A stretch of 64,000 nt of DNA from Chiloscyllium plagiosum (GCF_004010195.1 NC_057750.1:15688545-15752544), one strand, 5' to 3'; shown: positions 23,945-37,687, numbered from the stretch's first letter. Made by a program: numbers and translations. The notes: a model not told the origin generated them from the sequence alone.

Positions 23945-26645
23945 TTAAAAGGGCAATTCAAAAAGATGGGCATCTATCCTGCACTATTCAAAAGCAGACA
24001 CAAGTACCAGGCTCTTTTTAAAGTGACAGGCATCTGACTCGTATTTAGAGGTACGGGTATCCAAGCTGTTTTGAGGGACAGGCAACTAACCTGTGCTTTC
24101 TAAAGGGAAAGGCATCTAACTTGCCCTATTTAATGGCACAGACATATAACTTGCACCAAATAAAGACATGAGAAATTAAATTGCACTCTTTAAGTGACGA
24201 GCATGTAAATCACACTATTTAAATGGACAGGCTTATAACTTGCACTATTAAAAGAGACAGATACCTAACATGTACTACTTAAAGGACAAACCTCTAACTC
24301 ATGCTGTGTAAGGGCCCAGGCATTATCCCAGTGCAGTTTGAGTGAACAGGCATCTAGCCCCCAATAAAGGACAGGCATCAATTACCCACTGTTTAAAGGG
24401 ACAGACATCTAAACTGTGCTATTTAAAGAGACAAGCATATCAGTCCTAGTATTTAACAATACAGGCATTGAACTTGTGCTATTTAAAGGGACAGGCACCT
24501 AACTCCCACTATTTAAAAGAATTGACATCAGTCCTGTGGTATTTAAAGGGACAGGTATCTAAAATGCACTCTTTAATGCTACAGACATGTAATTTGTGCC
24601 AATTATGCTGTTTACAAGGATAGGCATCTAACTTCTGCTGGTTAAAAGGACAGGCGTCTAACTCGTGCTATTTAAAAAGACAGTTATCTCAGTCTTGTCT
24701 ATTTAAAGGGACAGGTATCTAACTCCCACTATTTAAAGGGACGTGCATCCAGCTAGTCATATTTAAAGGGATGCGCATCTAACATGTTTTTAAAAGTGAC
24801 AGGCATCTACCTTGTGCTATTCCAAGGGATGGGACTCACACTATTTCTAGATACAGGCATCTAATTTTGCCCTATTTAAAGGGACAGCAACTAACCTGTA
24901 CTTTTTAAAAGGATGGGCATCTCACTTGCATTATTTAGTGATTCAGATGAGTTACTCATGCCAATTAAAGGTATGCAAAACTAAATTGCGTTCTTTAAGT
25001 GACACGCATCTAAATTTCATTGTTTAAAGGAACAGGCATTGAACTTGTACCATTTAAAGAGCCAGATAGCTAATTCGCTTTATTTAAAGGGCTGGCCTCT
25101 AACTCACGCTATTTAAGGGGCCAGACATCAACCACATGCTATTTAAGTGAACAGTTATCTAGCCCCTGATACTTAAAGGGACAGATATCTAATACCTGCT
25201 TTTTAAGAAAAAGACATCTAAATTATGCTACTTAAAGAGACAGGTATCTAACTCACACTACTTAGGGGGACAGGTATGTAACTCCCTCTATTTAATGGGA
25301 CAGGTGTCAAACCCACTTTATTTAAAGGGACAGTGACCTAACTCATGCTATTAAAAAGGATGGTGCTATTTCAAGGAAAGGACATCCAACTTGCACTTTT
25401 ACAAGCACGGGCATCTAATGAGCTCCATTTAAAGGGGCAGGCATCAAATTCACACTATTTAAAAGGATAAGCACATAACTCCCGCTCGTTAGAAGACTGG
25501 GAATCTCTCATTCTATTTAAAGGTCAGTCTTTTAATGTATGCTATTAAAGGAAACAAGCATCCAATTTGTATTATTTAAATAGATATCTAACTCATGCTT
25601 TTTAGAGGGATAAGTGGCTAACTTCCTGTATTTAACAGAACAGACGTTGAACTGATGCTATTTATCTGGACATGAGTCTAACTCACACTATTAAAAAGCA
25701 TAGGCATCTAACCTGTGTGATGTTATTTAAAGGGACAGTGATCTAATTCATGCTCTTCAAAGCAAGGGCATCTAACCTGAGTTTTTTTAAGGGAAGGGCA
25801 ACCAATTTGCACTATTTAAAGGCATGAGCTTCTAACAAGCATTATTTAAAGGGGCAGCCATCAAATTTACACTATTTAAAGAGAGGGGATATAACTCCCG
25901 CTAGTTAAAGGACCGCGAATCTCTCTTGCAATACTTAAATGGACAGGCTTCTAATGTGTGCTATTGAAAAGGAAAGGTGTGTAAGTTGCACTATTTAAAT
26001 GGTCAGGAATCTAAACAAGAAACATATGTAATGGCAGGACGACCTGTATTTAAATGGACGGGTGCCTGATTCCTGCCATTTAAAGGGATAGGCTTTGAAG
26101 AGCATGATTTAGATCTTGTGCTTTTTAAAGTGACAGATATTCATCTTGCACTATTAAAAAGACAGGAATATAACTCAGTCAAAAGGTGTGAGGCTGGAAA
26201 TGAACAGCTTGATGAAGAGCTTATGCTCGAAATGTCGATTCCCTTGCTCCTCAGATGCTGCCTGACCGGCTGTGCTTTTCTAGCGCCACAGTTTTTGACT
26301 CTGATCTCTAGCATCTGCAGTCCTCACTTTCACCCAGGAATCTAACTCATGCTATTTAGAAGGATAGGTATCTAAATCCTCCATTCGATGGAAAGGCATC
26401 AATTTCACTGTATTCAAAGGGATAGGCATCTATCTTGAGCTAGTTAAAAGGTCAGGGGTCTAACACTCTGTTAAAAGGGACAGAGATCTAAACTGTGCTA
26501 TCTCAAAGGAAGGGCAGTCAACGTGCTCTATTTAAAGGGACAGGTACGTAACTTGTGCTACTTAAAAGGACAGCCATCTAACACCTGCTATTTAAAGGAA
26601 ACACATACTATTTACAGGGGTAGGTACCTAACTCGCGTTATTTTA
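23945..26645 (+). repeat. 30-bp minisatellite, block 2 (~85 units), interrupted at about 26178-26335 by a Penelope tail
   Basis: Same consensus and orientation as block 1. Confidence 0.9.
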
Positions 26646-26774
26646 GGGGGAGACAAAAAACCTGCAGATGCTGAAATCCAAGGTAGGAGTTCTGAAGAAG
26701 GGTTACACCTGAAACGTTGACTTCTCCACCTCCTGATGCTGTCTGTTTTCGCTGTTCTTCCAGCCTCCTGCATA

Positions 26775-27755
26775 TCATACTGTCATAGGGTTGTACAGCA
26801 CAGAAACAGATTCTACGGTCCAACTCGTCCATGCCAACCAGATATCCCAACCTAATCAAGTCCCACTTGCCAGAACTCAGCCCAAATTCCTCCAAACCCT
26901 TCCTATTCATATATCCGTCCAGATGCTTTTTAAATGCTGATACCACTTCCTCTGGCAGGTCATTCCATACATGCACCACCCTCTGTGTGAAAAAGTTGCC
27001 CCTTAGGTCCCTTTTATATCTTTCCCCTCTTACCCTAAACCTGTGCCCTCTAGTTCTGTACTCCCGCACCCCAGGGAAAAGACTTTGTCTATATATCCTA
27101 TCCATGCCCCTCATGATTTTATAAACCTCAATAAGGTCACCCCTCAGCTTCCGACGCTCCAGGGAAAACAGCCCCAGCCTATTCAACCTCTCCCTATTAT
27201 TCAAACCTTCCAACTCTGGCAACGTTCATGTAAATCTTTTCTTAATCCTTTCAAGTTTCACAATATCCTTCCGATAGGAAGGAGGCCAGAATAGTGTGCA
27301 ATATTCCAAAAGTGGCCTAACCAACGTCCTGTACAGTTGCACCATGACATTCCAACTCCTACACTCAATATTCTGACCAATAAAGGAAAGAATACCAAAT
27401 GCCTTCTTCACTATTCTATCTACCTGCGACTCCACTTTGAAGGAGCTATGAACATGCACTCCAGGTCGCTTTGTTCACCACATTCCCTAGGACCTTACCA
27501 TTAAATGTATAAGTCCTGCTAAGAGTTGCTTTCCTAAATGCAACACCTCGCATTTACCTAAATTAAACTTCATCTGCCACTCCTCAGCCCATTGGCCCAT
27601 CTGATTGAGATCCCGTTGTAATCTGAGGTAACCTTCTTCGCTGTCTACTACACCTCCAATTTTGGTGTTACCTGCAAACTTACTAACTATACCTCCTATT
27701 TCACATCCAAATCGTTTATATAAATGACAAAAAGTAGTGGACCCAACACCGATCC
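26775..27755 (-). mobile_element. CR1 (HER1-like) LINE 3' fragment
   Basis: ORFs 26638-27222 and 27226-27459 contain LFSLERRKLRGDLIEVYK and LVRPLLEYC. Confidence 0.9.
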
Positions 27756-28299
27756 TGGTCAGAGCAAAAGGATTTCAACTATATCACAAAGCCAAAACTT
27801 CAAAAAATTCACTGTTCAACTATAAACAACCCACTATCCTCTCTTCACAAACAACCCACTATCCTCTCTTCACAAGCAACCAATAGAGACATATCTGCAC
27901 AGCTTCTAACTTATATCTTTTTTTCAGATTCATGTCTCATTTTTAATATGTGTTGCATTATTATTTCTTTTTGCATTTAGTAATAATGAACTCACCCTTT
28001 CAATTTAAGAAAGCTTAGTTATGCTGGCTCCTTTTAAAACACAATTTGGTCTGGGCCAAAAGAATTCACAAACGAGAGATACTTTACAATTTAATTTTGT
28101 TGCGAGAATCGAGGTGGGGGGGCAGGTGAATTAAGAAGGGGAGTCAGTTCATCCCTCTCCATGTGGGTGCTTGCCAATTTGAGATCTCCCATCTGGTGCA
28201 GGAATAACATGAGGAACCTCACCCACAGTCTGGTAGCAACTACGAGAATGAAATCTATCAGGAGCCAAGGACTGGCCAGCCCACACCTCCAACAGGTTT

Positions 28300-28620
28300 T
28301 TTTTATTCATTCACAGGAGTACATCACTAGCTGGACCAGCATTCACTGCCCATCAAGCAGTTAAGAGTAAATCGCATTGCTGTGGGTCTGGAGTCACATG
28401 TAGGCCAGACCAGGTAAGGATGGCAGTTTCCTTCTTTAAAGGACATTAGTGAACCAGACGGAGTTTTCTGACAATAGATTAATTGTTCTAAAATCCAGAT
28501 TTTTATTGAGTTCTAGTTGCACCATTTGCTGTGGCAGGATTTGAACCCAGGTCCCCAGGACATTATCTGGGTCTTTGGATTAACAGTCCAGCAATAACAC
28601 CACATGACGATCACCTCCCC
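28300..28620 (-). mobile_element. Second tRNA-derived SINE family; other copies at 32335-32690 (+), 48580-48880 (-), 50825-51180 (+) and 51900-52180 (-)
   Basis: Shared core similar to TGGTTCACTAATGTCCTTTA..GAAGGAAA..CCTTACCTGGTCTGGCCTACATGTGACTCCAGA, with a tRNA-like head. Confidence 0.75.
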
Positions 28621-29329
28621 CAGTCAATACCCCTTCTCTGGTAATTGTAATTTTCCTGAGGTCCTCCCTCCCTTTTATTCTGTAATCTATAATTGCTTCT
28701 GGAATGTTACTTGCATCCTCACCAGGGAGAACTGATGCAAAATAACACTGATTCATCCTCCATCTCTTTATTTTCCATTCTGAATATGCCTGTCAACAAA
28801 CAAGACAGAATCTTTCATTTTACAATCGCTGTAGATTCTTAGAGGAATGCTCATATAGGCTAAGTGCAGGCTGAGCCTCTGGAACTGATTATTTGTTTTG
28901 TATTTTTTAAAGAAAATACCTTCATGATTTACAGTAAACAATGGACTGTTTCAGGACAGTCCGCTGTGGTGGTTCTTACCGTTAATAAAAACGTGCATTC
29001 GCGTGTCCTCACTCTAAAACATCCCAATGATGAACCAAATGCTCTTCTCCCCTCAACCATCTGTCTGTCTCATTCCAGAATGTTTTGAAAATGGATGTTT
29101 TAAAATTTAGTTGACACAGGCTCAAAATTACATGATCTTCATAAGCCTAAGTAATAAACGTCTGAAGGAAATAATAGTTGCTTTTCATAAATGTCCAAAG
29201 ACATGTTGAGATGTATATACAGAGTAGGGGTAACTAGGTGCAGAGGGAAGGAGGAAGGAGAGGAGGAGACAGGAAGTAAAGAAGAAAATACTATATTTAT
29301 ACAAAGAAGACCTCAACATGTTTTGAAGG

Positions 29330-29600
29330 ACTATAGAGCCAATAAGATGCAGTCACTGTCCTGGTATGTGGAAACATGGCACGCTATATTTGCACAAGAA
29401 ACTCCCACAGGCAACAATAATGCAACAATGAGCTGATCTGCTTTTGTGATGTAGACTGGTACAAATATTGACCAGGTTACTGGGGAAAATCCCCACTACT
29501 CTTCAATGGGGTCTTTTACTTCACCTGAGGGGCCAGGCAGAGCCTCAGCTCAGTATTTCATCTGAGAGTTTACACATCTAATAGTGCAGCACTCCTGTTC
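29330..29600 (-). mobile_element. Old SINE, possibly Deu-domain (SacSINE1-like)
   Basis: The minus strand has GGAGTGCTGCACTATTAGATG...CAGATGAAATACTGAGCTGAGGC, resembling the DeuSINE core. Heavily diverged. Confidence 0.45.
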
Positions 29601-31184
29601 ACTTCTATTCCACAACATTGTTCCCATGAGAAATTGCATACAAAAACCACTTTATAATAATTAATGAGAGGCAGCATGTTGGCTAGTTTCATTCAAAGCC
29701 TTTAGGTGACCATTAAATGCCTGAGAATCTCAAGACAAGGAACAATTGGAAAGGGAATCCATGTGATCAACAATGTATTTATCTTGATTCATTAAAGGGA
29801 TGTGGATGTCACTGACTGGGCCAGCAATCATTGCCTATCCCTAATTGCCCCAGAAAAGGAGGGGTTGAGCTGCTTTCTTGAACTGCTGTCATCCTTAAGG
29901 TGTGGGGAAACCCACAACACTGTTAAGGAGGGAATTCTAGGGTTTTGACCCAGTGACAGTGAAGGAATGGCGGTACATTTCAAGTCAGGATGGTGAGTGG
30001 CCTGGAGGGAAACTTGCAATTGGTGGTGTGCCCCATGTATCTGCTGCCCTTGACTTTCGAGATAGTAATGGTCATGGGTTTGGAAGGTGCAATATTTGTC
30101 CATCTGATGGATTATCCTCTCTGAATGTTGCACCCAAGAGCTTCCCATCAGTAAACACGGACTCAGCTTGCAGCTTGGTCCCCTGAAGGAGGCACTGTTC
30201 AACTGTTGAGTGAGACTTAGAGGTTGTCACCCCTGAAGCTAGATTCCATTTTCCATCAATCTCTCTTTCACTGATTTAGGTAATCAGGGGTGGCTCAGGT
30301 TTGCTAAAGATTCTGATGCGACTCTGATTTTTACTTATTTTCGGTTAACTCTATCTGTATCCGAAGGTTGGAGCAAACTGAACCATGCTGGTGTGTGAAT
30401 TAGTGGTGCACAGTGGCTGGCTTAAGTTGAATTTAACTTGATCCAATTTAATGATTTATCAAAAGAGGCAGGAGGCTGGTTCAGAACCTGCTCTGGGGTC
30501 AATCCTGAAGCAAGAGACTGATTCTTAGCAACCTCACAGGAGAGAAATCAATTACAGCATTAATGTTTCTGTCAATGCCCCTATCCTTTCTTCTGGCTGA
30601 AACATATTTTAAAATACTTGTAAAAAATATACTGTCACTTACAATTCAGGGACTAACATCCAACACACTGAAAGTGGATCCAAACCATTGGAATGAGACT
30701 CGGTGACCGTCAGTTTACTGCCTGGTGAGTCACTGCTGCTCCTCTGTGCAAATGAAGAAAGATTAAACCCTAATCACTAGGGGCTCTGGTGGTGCAATGA
30801 CAGTGTCCTTACCTCAGAGCTGTGCAATGCAGCTTCAAGCCCCACCTGCTCCAAAGGTGTGCACTAGCATCTCTGTAATAAGTCAACCGGAACAATATCT
30901 AAAATCCATTTCAATTACTCACATATTCTAGGAGAAGCTATTCCAGAGCAGAAACTTCACCCTGAGCAATTTCTTGGGGGTTTAAGCTTTTGCTAGCCGA
31001 GCATGAAGTGAGAAGGTGAGGAGCAGAAAGCCTTTCATCCCATCTGATACAACTTTGTTAATCATCCAGTAGGGTCTGAGAGAGATGCCTGAAACCAAAT
31101 GGAACAAGGGAACCAGTGAAGAATACATGTTAGTTCAAGGTTGATTGGGTGAGAACTGGGTGCATTAACAAGTACAGGCCGCCT

Positions 31185-31752
31185 ACTTGCGGAATGTTTC
31201 AGAGAACACCTCTGGGTCACCCGGACCAACCAACCCAACCACCCCGTGGCTCAACACTACAACTCCCCCTCCCATTCCACCAAGGACATGCAGGTCCTTG
31301 GACTCCTCCATCGCCAGACCATAGCAACACGACGGTTGGAGGAAGAGCGCCTCATCTTCCGCCTAGGAACCCTCCAACCACAGTGGAACTCCAATTTCTC
31401 CAGTTTCCTCATTTCCCCTCTCCCCACCTTATCTCAGTCAAATCCCACAAACTCAGCACCGCCTTCCTAACCTGCAATCTTCTTCCTGACCTCTCCGCCC
31501 CCACCCCCACTCTGGCCTATCACCCTCACCTTGACCTCCTTCTACCTATCGCATTTCCAACGCCCCTCCCCCAAGTCCCTCCTCCCTACCTTTTATCTTA
31601 GCCTGCTGGACACACTTTCCTCATTCCTGAAGAAGGGCTCATGCCCGAAACGTCGATTCTCCTGCTCCTTGGATGCTGCCTGACCTGCTGCGCTTTTCCA
31701 GCAACAAATTTTCAGCTCTGATCTCCAGCATCTGCAGTCCTCACTTTCTCCT
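31185..31752 (+). mobile_element. Penelope-like element 3' end (GIY-YIG C-terminus, pyrimidine-rich UTR, intact hammerhead motif)
   Basis: VAQHYNSPSHS..RRLEEERLIFRLGTLQP; hammerhead core CTGAAGA-A-GGGC-TCAT-GCCC-GAAACGTC at 31627-31654. Confidence 0.85.
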
Positions 31753-32699
31753 GCATTAACAAGTACTCAATGTGGTTGGAGTTTGCAATTTGTAAATAAA
31801 GTATCAACAAGAAAAGCAGACACTGTACTCTGTCAAGCAGCATTTTAATCTTTGATACTTAACACCCATGGCCATCTATTTTCATTATGGCTAACTACCA
31901 TTTCTTCATCCATAAACAGTTTATAAATCACTCCGATCACAATGGAAATGCTCTTGGTTTGTGTTGGCATCATGATATCCCATTCCCTATTCCAAAACAG
32001 TGAACAAACTTAAAGGGACTTTATTGGCTGAGAAATTCTTCGTAGTTTTGCGAAAGACACGCTGTAAATGCAGGTTTTTCTTTCACTTTCATCAGACAGT
32101 TCTGATTACAAGAGGCAGTGGTTCTGAATTACAGATGTATCCAAACTGAATATATTTACACTGATTTGATGTACATCTTCCCATGACGTGACATTATTTG
32201 TGATGGCCCAGCTCTCATCTTCAGCGTCTCCCTGCCACCACATGTTGATTAATCACTTGCCAATGACCTTCTTTGTTTGGGAAAATGTAAGCTCCTTAAA
32301 ACAAAGTTAAATCAAAACGTCTACTTTATTCTAAGCAGAGGTTATGGCCTAATAGTATTATCGCTGTGCTGTTAATCCAGAGACCGAAGCAATGTCTGGG
32401 GACCTGAGTTCAAATCGCGCCACGGGATGTTGGAATTTGAATTCAATACAAATCTGGAATTGTGAGACTAATGATAACCCTGAATCTATCGCTGATTGTC
32501 AGGAAAAACCCATCTGGTTCGCTAAAGTCCTTTAGGGAAGGAAACTGCCATCTTTACCTGGGCTGGCCTACACGTTACTCCAAAGCCACAGCAATGCGGT
32601 TGACTCTAAATGCCCTTTGGGTAATTAGGGATGAGTGATAAATACAGGCCTAGCTAATGATGCCCTCATTCCATGAACGCATTAAAAAACATGCATCAT

Positions 32700-33790
32700 G
32701 CATCAAACTGGTGCTATTTAAAGGTACAGCTGTCTAACTCGGGTCATTGAAAGGGACAGGCATCTAACTTGTGCTCATTAAAGGAATAGATTTCCAACTT
32801 GCGCTATTTACAGGGACAGCATCCTAATTGCATTATTTAAAAGGATGGACAATTAACCTGCTCTATTTAAAGGGGCAGGCATCTATCTCATGCTATTTCA
32901 AGTCACAGGCCTCTACTTTAGGCCAGTTAAAAGAAACAGCATAAAATTGCACTAGTTAAAGGTACAGGCATCCATCTCACATTATTTATAGGAATAGGCA
33001 TCTAACTCTTGCTGTTTGATGAGATAGGAATCCAACTTGCACCGGTAATAAGAACAAGCACTTTGAAGGGACAGGCATCTAACAAGCATTAATTAATGGG
33101 ATGGACACCTAAATTGGGCTATATAAAGGGATATCCAACTCACTTCTGCTATTTAACTGGACAGATATCTATCTAGAACTATTTAAAAGGACAGGTGTCT
33201 AACCCCTGCAATTTAAAGGAACAGGTTTAAATGGTCAGGCATGTCACTCCTGCTTTTTAAAGGGATGTGGCCTATGTTGCACTATTTAGAAGGACAGGCA
33301 TCGAGATTGCACCAGTTAAAAAGATGACAATTAAATCTGCGCCATTTAAAATGATGGGCATCTAACACATGCTATTTAAAGGGGCAGGCATCAAACTTGA
33401 GCAATTTAGATGGATGGACTCCCTACTTGCACTACTTAAAGGGACTGATATCTGACCTGTGCTATTTATTGGGACACACATCAAAATCACCTTTATTTAA
33501 ATGGACAGGCATCTGACTTGCACTAATTAAAAGGACTGGCATCAATTTCTGCAAGTCCAAGGAACAGGCATCTAACATGAGCTATTTAAAGGGACAGGGC
33601 ATCTAACTTGCCCTTTTTAAAGAGGTCAAGCATTTAACTTGCATTATTTCAAGCATCAAGCTTGTAACTCCCACTATTTAAAGGAATAGATAAGTAACCT
33701 GCACTATTGAAAGGGGCAGGCAATCTAATTGACACTATTTAAACGTACAAACATCTAACTTGCGATATTTAATGGAACAGGGATCTACCT
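32700..33790 (+). repeat. 30-bp minisatellite, block 3 (~36 units)
   Basis: Same consensus and orientation as blocks 1 and 2. Confidence 0.9.
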
Positions 33791-34454
33791 TACCAGTGAA
33801 CTGCCTCTGACTCTGCCCTGCGATCTGAAAGCTTGCAGACACACTGTTACTAAAGGTGCTTTGCAGTAACTGGTTGGATTTCATAGAGAGTAGAGTTGCA
33901 TCCTCATTGACAGGGGGCAGGGGAATTGCTGACCTCTAACAGTTTGGACAGACAAATGGAGCACAGAAAGGGGAGGGGCAATGTCTGCACAGAGGGAGGA
34001 TCTTGTTTGCCACAGTTTTTCGGGGAACACTTTCCCCCAACTCTTAGCTCAGCCAAGAGCAACCCCTGCAGGTTCACCAAGGAGGTGGTCCCCGAACTGG
34101 ATCAGGAACTGTAGCCAAGTGAGAATCAGTGGGCATCAGGGTCACTGATACCCATTCACGAGCCTCCAGCACCACACTCTCGACTATAACTTGGTGTTGT
34201 TTGATTTTTAACTCTCTAGGTTAAGGTGCTGCTGATAGTGTGAAGGCCATCCCATTCAAGGGAAACAGATTTGCATGTCTACAATGGTATGGAATGTTCA
34301 GTATCTATGTCCAAGTAAATTGATTAAAAGTTGAATGGTTTCGTAATTTTGTAGGCTCCAGAATGTCTTGATTGTTTGTTCTGCATGAGCTTTATTTTAT
34401 TGTATATGAGCGGAGGCATTTGTGGGGGTCTTCCTCAAGCTTAACCCATTCCAG

Positions 34455-35582
34455 ACAGCTGGCCCTGGGCTCATCAACTTCACCAACACATTCCACCCTG
34501 ACCTTAAATTTACCTGGACCATCTCTGACACCTCCATCTCCATTAATGACGACCGACTTGACACTGACATTTTTTAAAAACCCACCGACTCCCACAGCTA
34601 CCTGGATTACACCTCTTCCCACCCTACCTCTTGCAAAAATGCCATCCCGTATTCCCAATTCCTCCGCCTCTGCCGTATCTGCTCCCAGGAGGACCAGTTC
34701 CACCACAGAACACACCAGATGGCCTGCTTCTTTAGAGGCCGCAATTTCCCTTCCCACGTGGTTAAAGATACCCCCCAATGCATCTCGTCCACATCCCGCA
34801 CCTCCGCCCTCAGACCCCACCCCTCCAACCGTAACAAGGACAGAAAGCCCATGGTGCTCACCTTCTACCCTACCAACCTTCGCATAAACCAAATCATCCG
34901 CCGACATTTCCGCCACCTCCAAACAGACCCCACCACCAGGGATATATTTCCCTCCCCACCCCTCTCCGCCTCCCGCAAAGACCGTTCCCTCCGTGACTAC
35001 CTGGTCAGGTCCACGCCCCCCTACGACCCACCCCCCCATCCTGCCACCTTCCCCTGCCACCGCAGGAACTGTAAAACCTGCGCCCACACCTCCTCCCTCA
35101 CCTCCATCCAAGGCCCCAAAGGAGCTTTCCACATCCATCAAAGTTTTACCTGCACATCCACTAATATCATCTATTGTATCCGTTGCTCCCGATGCGGACT
35201 CCTCTACATTGGGGAGACTGGGCGCCTCCTAGCAGAGCGCTTTAGGGAACATCTCAGAGACACCCGCATCAATCAACCAAATCGCCCAGTGGCTCAACAT
35301 TTCAACTCCCCCTCCCACTCTGCCGAGGATATGGAGGTGCTGGGCCTCCTCCACCGCCGCTCCCTCACCACCAGACGCCTGGAGGAAGAACTCTATGCTA
35401 CTTTCTCCCCACCCTCCTTTAGCTTATCTCTCCACGCTTCTGGCTCACTGCCTTTATTCCTGATGAAGGGCTTTTGCCTGAAACGTCAATTTTGAAGCTC
35501 CTTGGATGCTGCCTGAACTGCTGTGCTCTTCCAGCACCACTAATCCAGAATCTGGTTTCCAGCATCTGCAGTCATTGTTTTT
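34455..35582 (+). mobile_element. Penelope-like element: RT C-terminus plus GIY-YIG endonuclease, 5'-truncated
   Basis: ORF 34719-35495 has FTCTSTNIIYCIRCSRCGLLYIGETGRLLAERFREH (GIY-YIG). Upstream is a KPTDSHSYLDYTSSHP-type RT region. A hammerhead motif lies at about 35460-35488. Confidence 0.9.
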
Positions 35583-36459
35583 ACATATTGCTTACTCTGT
35601 CTCAGCCAGAGTGCTCAATGACTCTTAGTTCAAATGTGAATTCCACAAATTCATGTCCCAAGTTCAGAGGGTTTTAGTCCAGGGTATCTGATGGGAATTT
35701 TTGCCCCATCTTACAGCCAGATTCAGACCGCTCCCCCAGAGTGGGTGAGAGGTAATAGCGAGGATACTGGCAGAGTGGCAGCGGTGGGGACACGGTCATG
35801 GTGACAGGGGAGAGCAGATATTTCCACAGTTCGGCATCTCAGCAATGGTGATCATTTCCCGGACGACAGGAACTGTGGGAAGAACCTGAACTGCTCCACT
35901 GAGGACTGAGATTTCCAGCTGCGAGGGAGCAGTCTGCATTGTCGTGCCCTGAGGTGTGAGCCCTCAGCTACTGCATCGAGACTTCAGGAGGCCTTGGCCT
36001 GGGCTGTTGTGGAAGCTGGGACAGAGGTGCTAGATGGGGCAGCTATGTCATGGGGTTGACCACCACTTCACGCTGGGCTCTACCTGATGCCCCTTAGGAG
36101 CTGGGCTGTCTTTTGTTGGTGTGTCCTCCAAGATTTTGGTGCTTGTGCTCATCAGCAGGCCATCCCATCAGAATCCTTGTCAGTGTGCCTGTTGTGAGGT
36201 GACTGCATAAACTAGGGTTTCCCCTTCCATGTGGGCACTCAGGCCTGGTGTTCCATCAGGTGCCGATCTTACCCTTTTGCCCTTTAACAGTTCACACAGT
36301 GCCAGTTTCTGAGCTGGTGGTTGTGAGTGTCATATCAGATGTTGGGGTTTGCTGATGCTGTCACCGTGTCTCCATCTGCTCTACCTTGCAGGGGCTGCTG
36401 CAGGGAAGGGAGGATAGGGAAGAGGAGGGGAACAAGGAAGCCACTGTGGAAAAGGCAGA

Positions 36460-36760
36460 ACTAGGGTACAGTGGCTCAGTGGTTAGCAACACTGCCTCAC
36501 TGTACCAGGCACCAGGGTTCAATGGAGTTTGCACATCCTCCCTGTGTCTGTGTGGGTTTCCTCGAGGTGCTCCAGTTTCCTCCCACAATCCAAAGATGTG
36601 CAGGTTAGGTGAATTGGCCATGCTAAATTGTCCATACTAATCAGGGAAGTGTAGGTTAGGTGCATTAGTTAGGAGTAAAATGTAGAGAAATGGAATGGGT
36701 CTGGGTGGGTTGCTCTTCGGAGGGTGGGTGTGGAGATTCTGTGCACACTGTAGAGATTCA
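36460..36760 (+). mobile_element. HE1-like SINE
   Basis: CAGTGGCTCAGTGGTTAGC head and conserved body. Confidence 0.8.
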
Positions 36761-37104
36761 ATGACACACATTCACTCTATTCCACCAGACAGCAGTGGGA
36801 GGGAGTGAGAGTTAGGAGCTGGAAAAGGGCTGTACAGGCAGAAACTGACCACCGTTCCCAGTGGTCTCGGCCACTCATGATGCTGAGTACATCTCTCTAA
36901 CATGGGGCAGAGAGTTTAGGCCGGAGTACTCCTTCCCACAGTCCCATTCCCTTTGTGGCTGTGGGTGGATGGAGGGAGGGAAGTCTGAGAGTTTGCACTG
37001 TTTTTAAGATGATGTACCTTGTATAGTTACACAGATGTGGAGACTGCGAGATGGAGGGTGTGACTTGGTGTCAGTGAAAGGATTGGCGGATGAGATGGAC
37101 TATC

Positions 37105-37535
37105 ATAGAAACATAAGAAAATAGGAGCATGATTAGACCATTCAGCCCTTTGACCTGCTCCCCCATTCAATATGATCATGGGGTCAATCATCCAACTCAG
37201 TCCCTAGTTCCTAATTTCTCACCATATCCTTTAGCTCTAAGAATTATATCCAATTCCATCCTGAAAACAGTTAATGATTTGGCCTCAACTGCTTTCTGTG
37301 TTAGAGAATTCTATAGGTTTGCCACTCTCTGGGAGAAGACATTGCTCCATATTTCAGTCCTACATAGCTTATCCCATATCCTTAGATTATGACTCCTGCA
37401 CCTGGACTCCATAGTCATCGGGAACATCCTTCCTGTATTTACCCTGTCTGGTCCCATTAACATTTTATAGGTTTCCAGCAGATACCTCCTCATTCTTCTG
37501 AACTCCAGAGAATAGAATCCCACCCGATCCAGTAT
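37105..37535 (-). mobile_element. CR1 LINE 3' fragment
   Basis: GFYSLEFRRMRRYLLETYK...FSQRVANL. Confidence 0.8.
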
Positions 37536-37687
37536 AACAGTAATAATTGGAACTCATATTCTATGATGTCCTCCTGGCTGACCTTGCTACAGTCACTACA
37601 CTCTACGCCACCTTCTCAAGGGCAACTACAGATGGGAAATAAATACTGGCCAGCTAACAATACCTGCATCCCACTAGTGAATATCTG

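Noticed and set aside
27826..27875. 25-bp perfect tandem duplication (ACAACCCACTATCCTCTCTTCACAA x2)
   Set aside because: A simple local slippage event with no further structure.
17260..33790. The 30-bp arrays as a CRISPR array or as a decapeptide-repeat gene (the consensus reads YLKGQASNLH)
   Set aside because: There are no unique spacers and no cas genes, and the context is eukaryotic. Frequent indels and stops leave only short ORFs.
34372..35232. Pro- or Gly-rich ORFs on both strands
   Set aside because: Alternative frames of the C-rich Penelope element.
35717..35953. Exon-like 237-bp GC-rich segment with AG/GT boundaries in the HIPK4 intron
   Set aside because: Stops occur in all three frames, and exons 1 and 2 already join into an uninterrupted kinase. 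There is no evidence of use, though a poison exon cannot be excluded.
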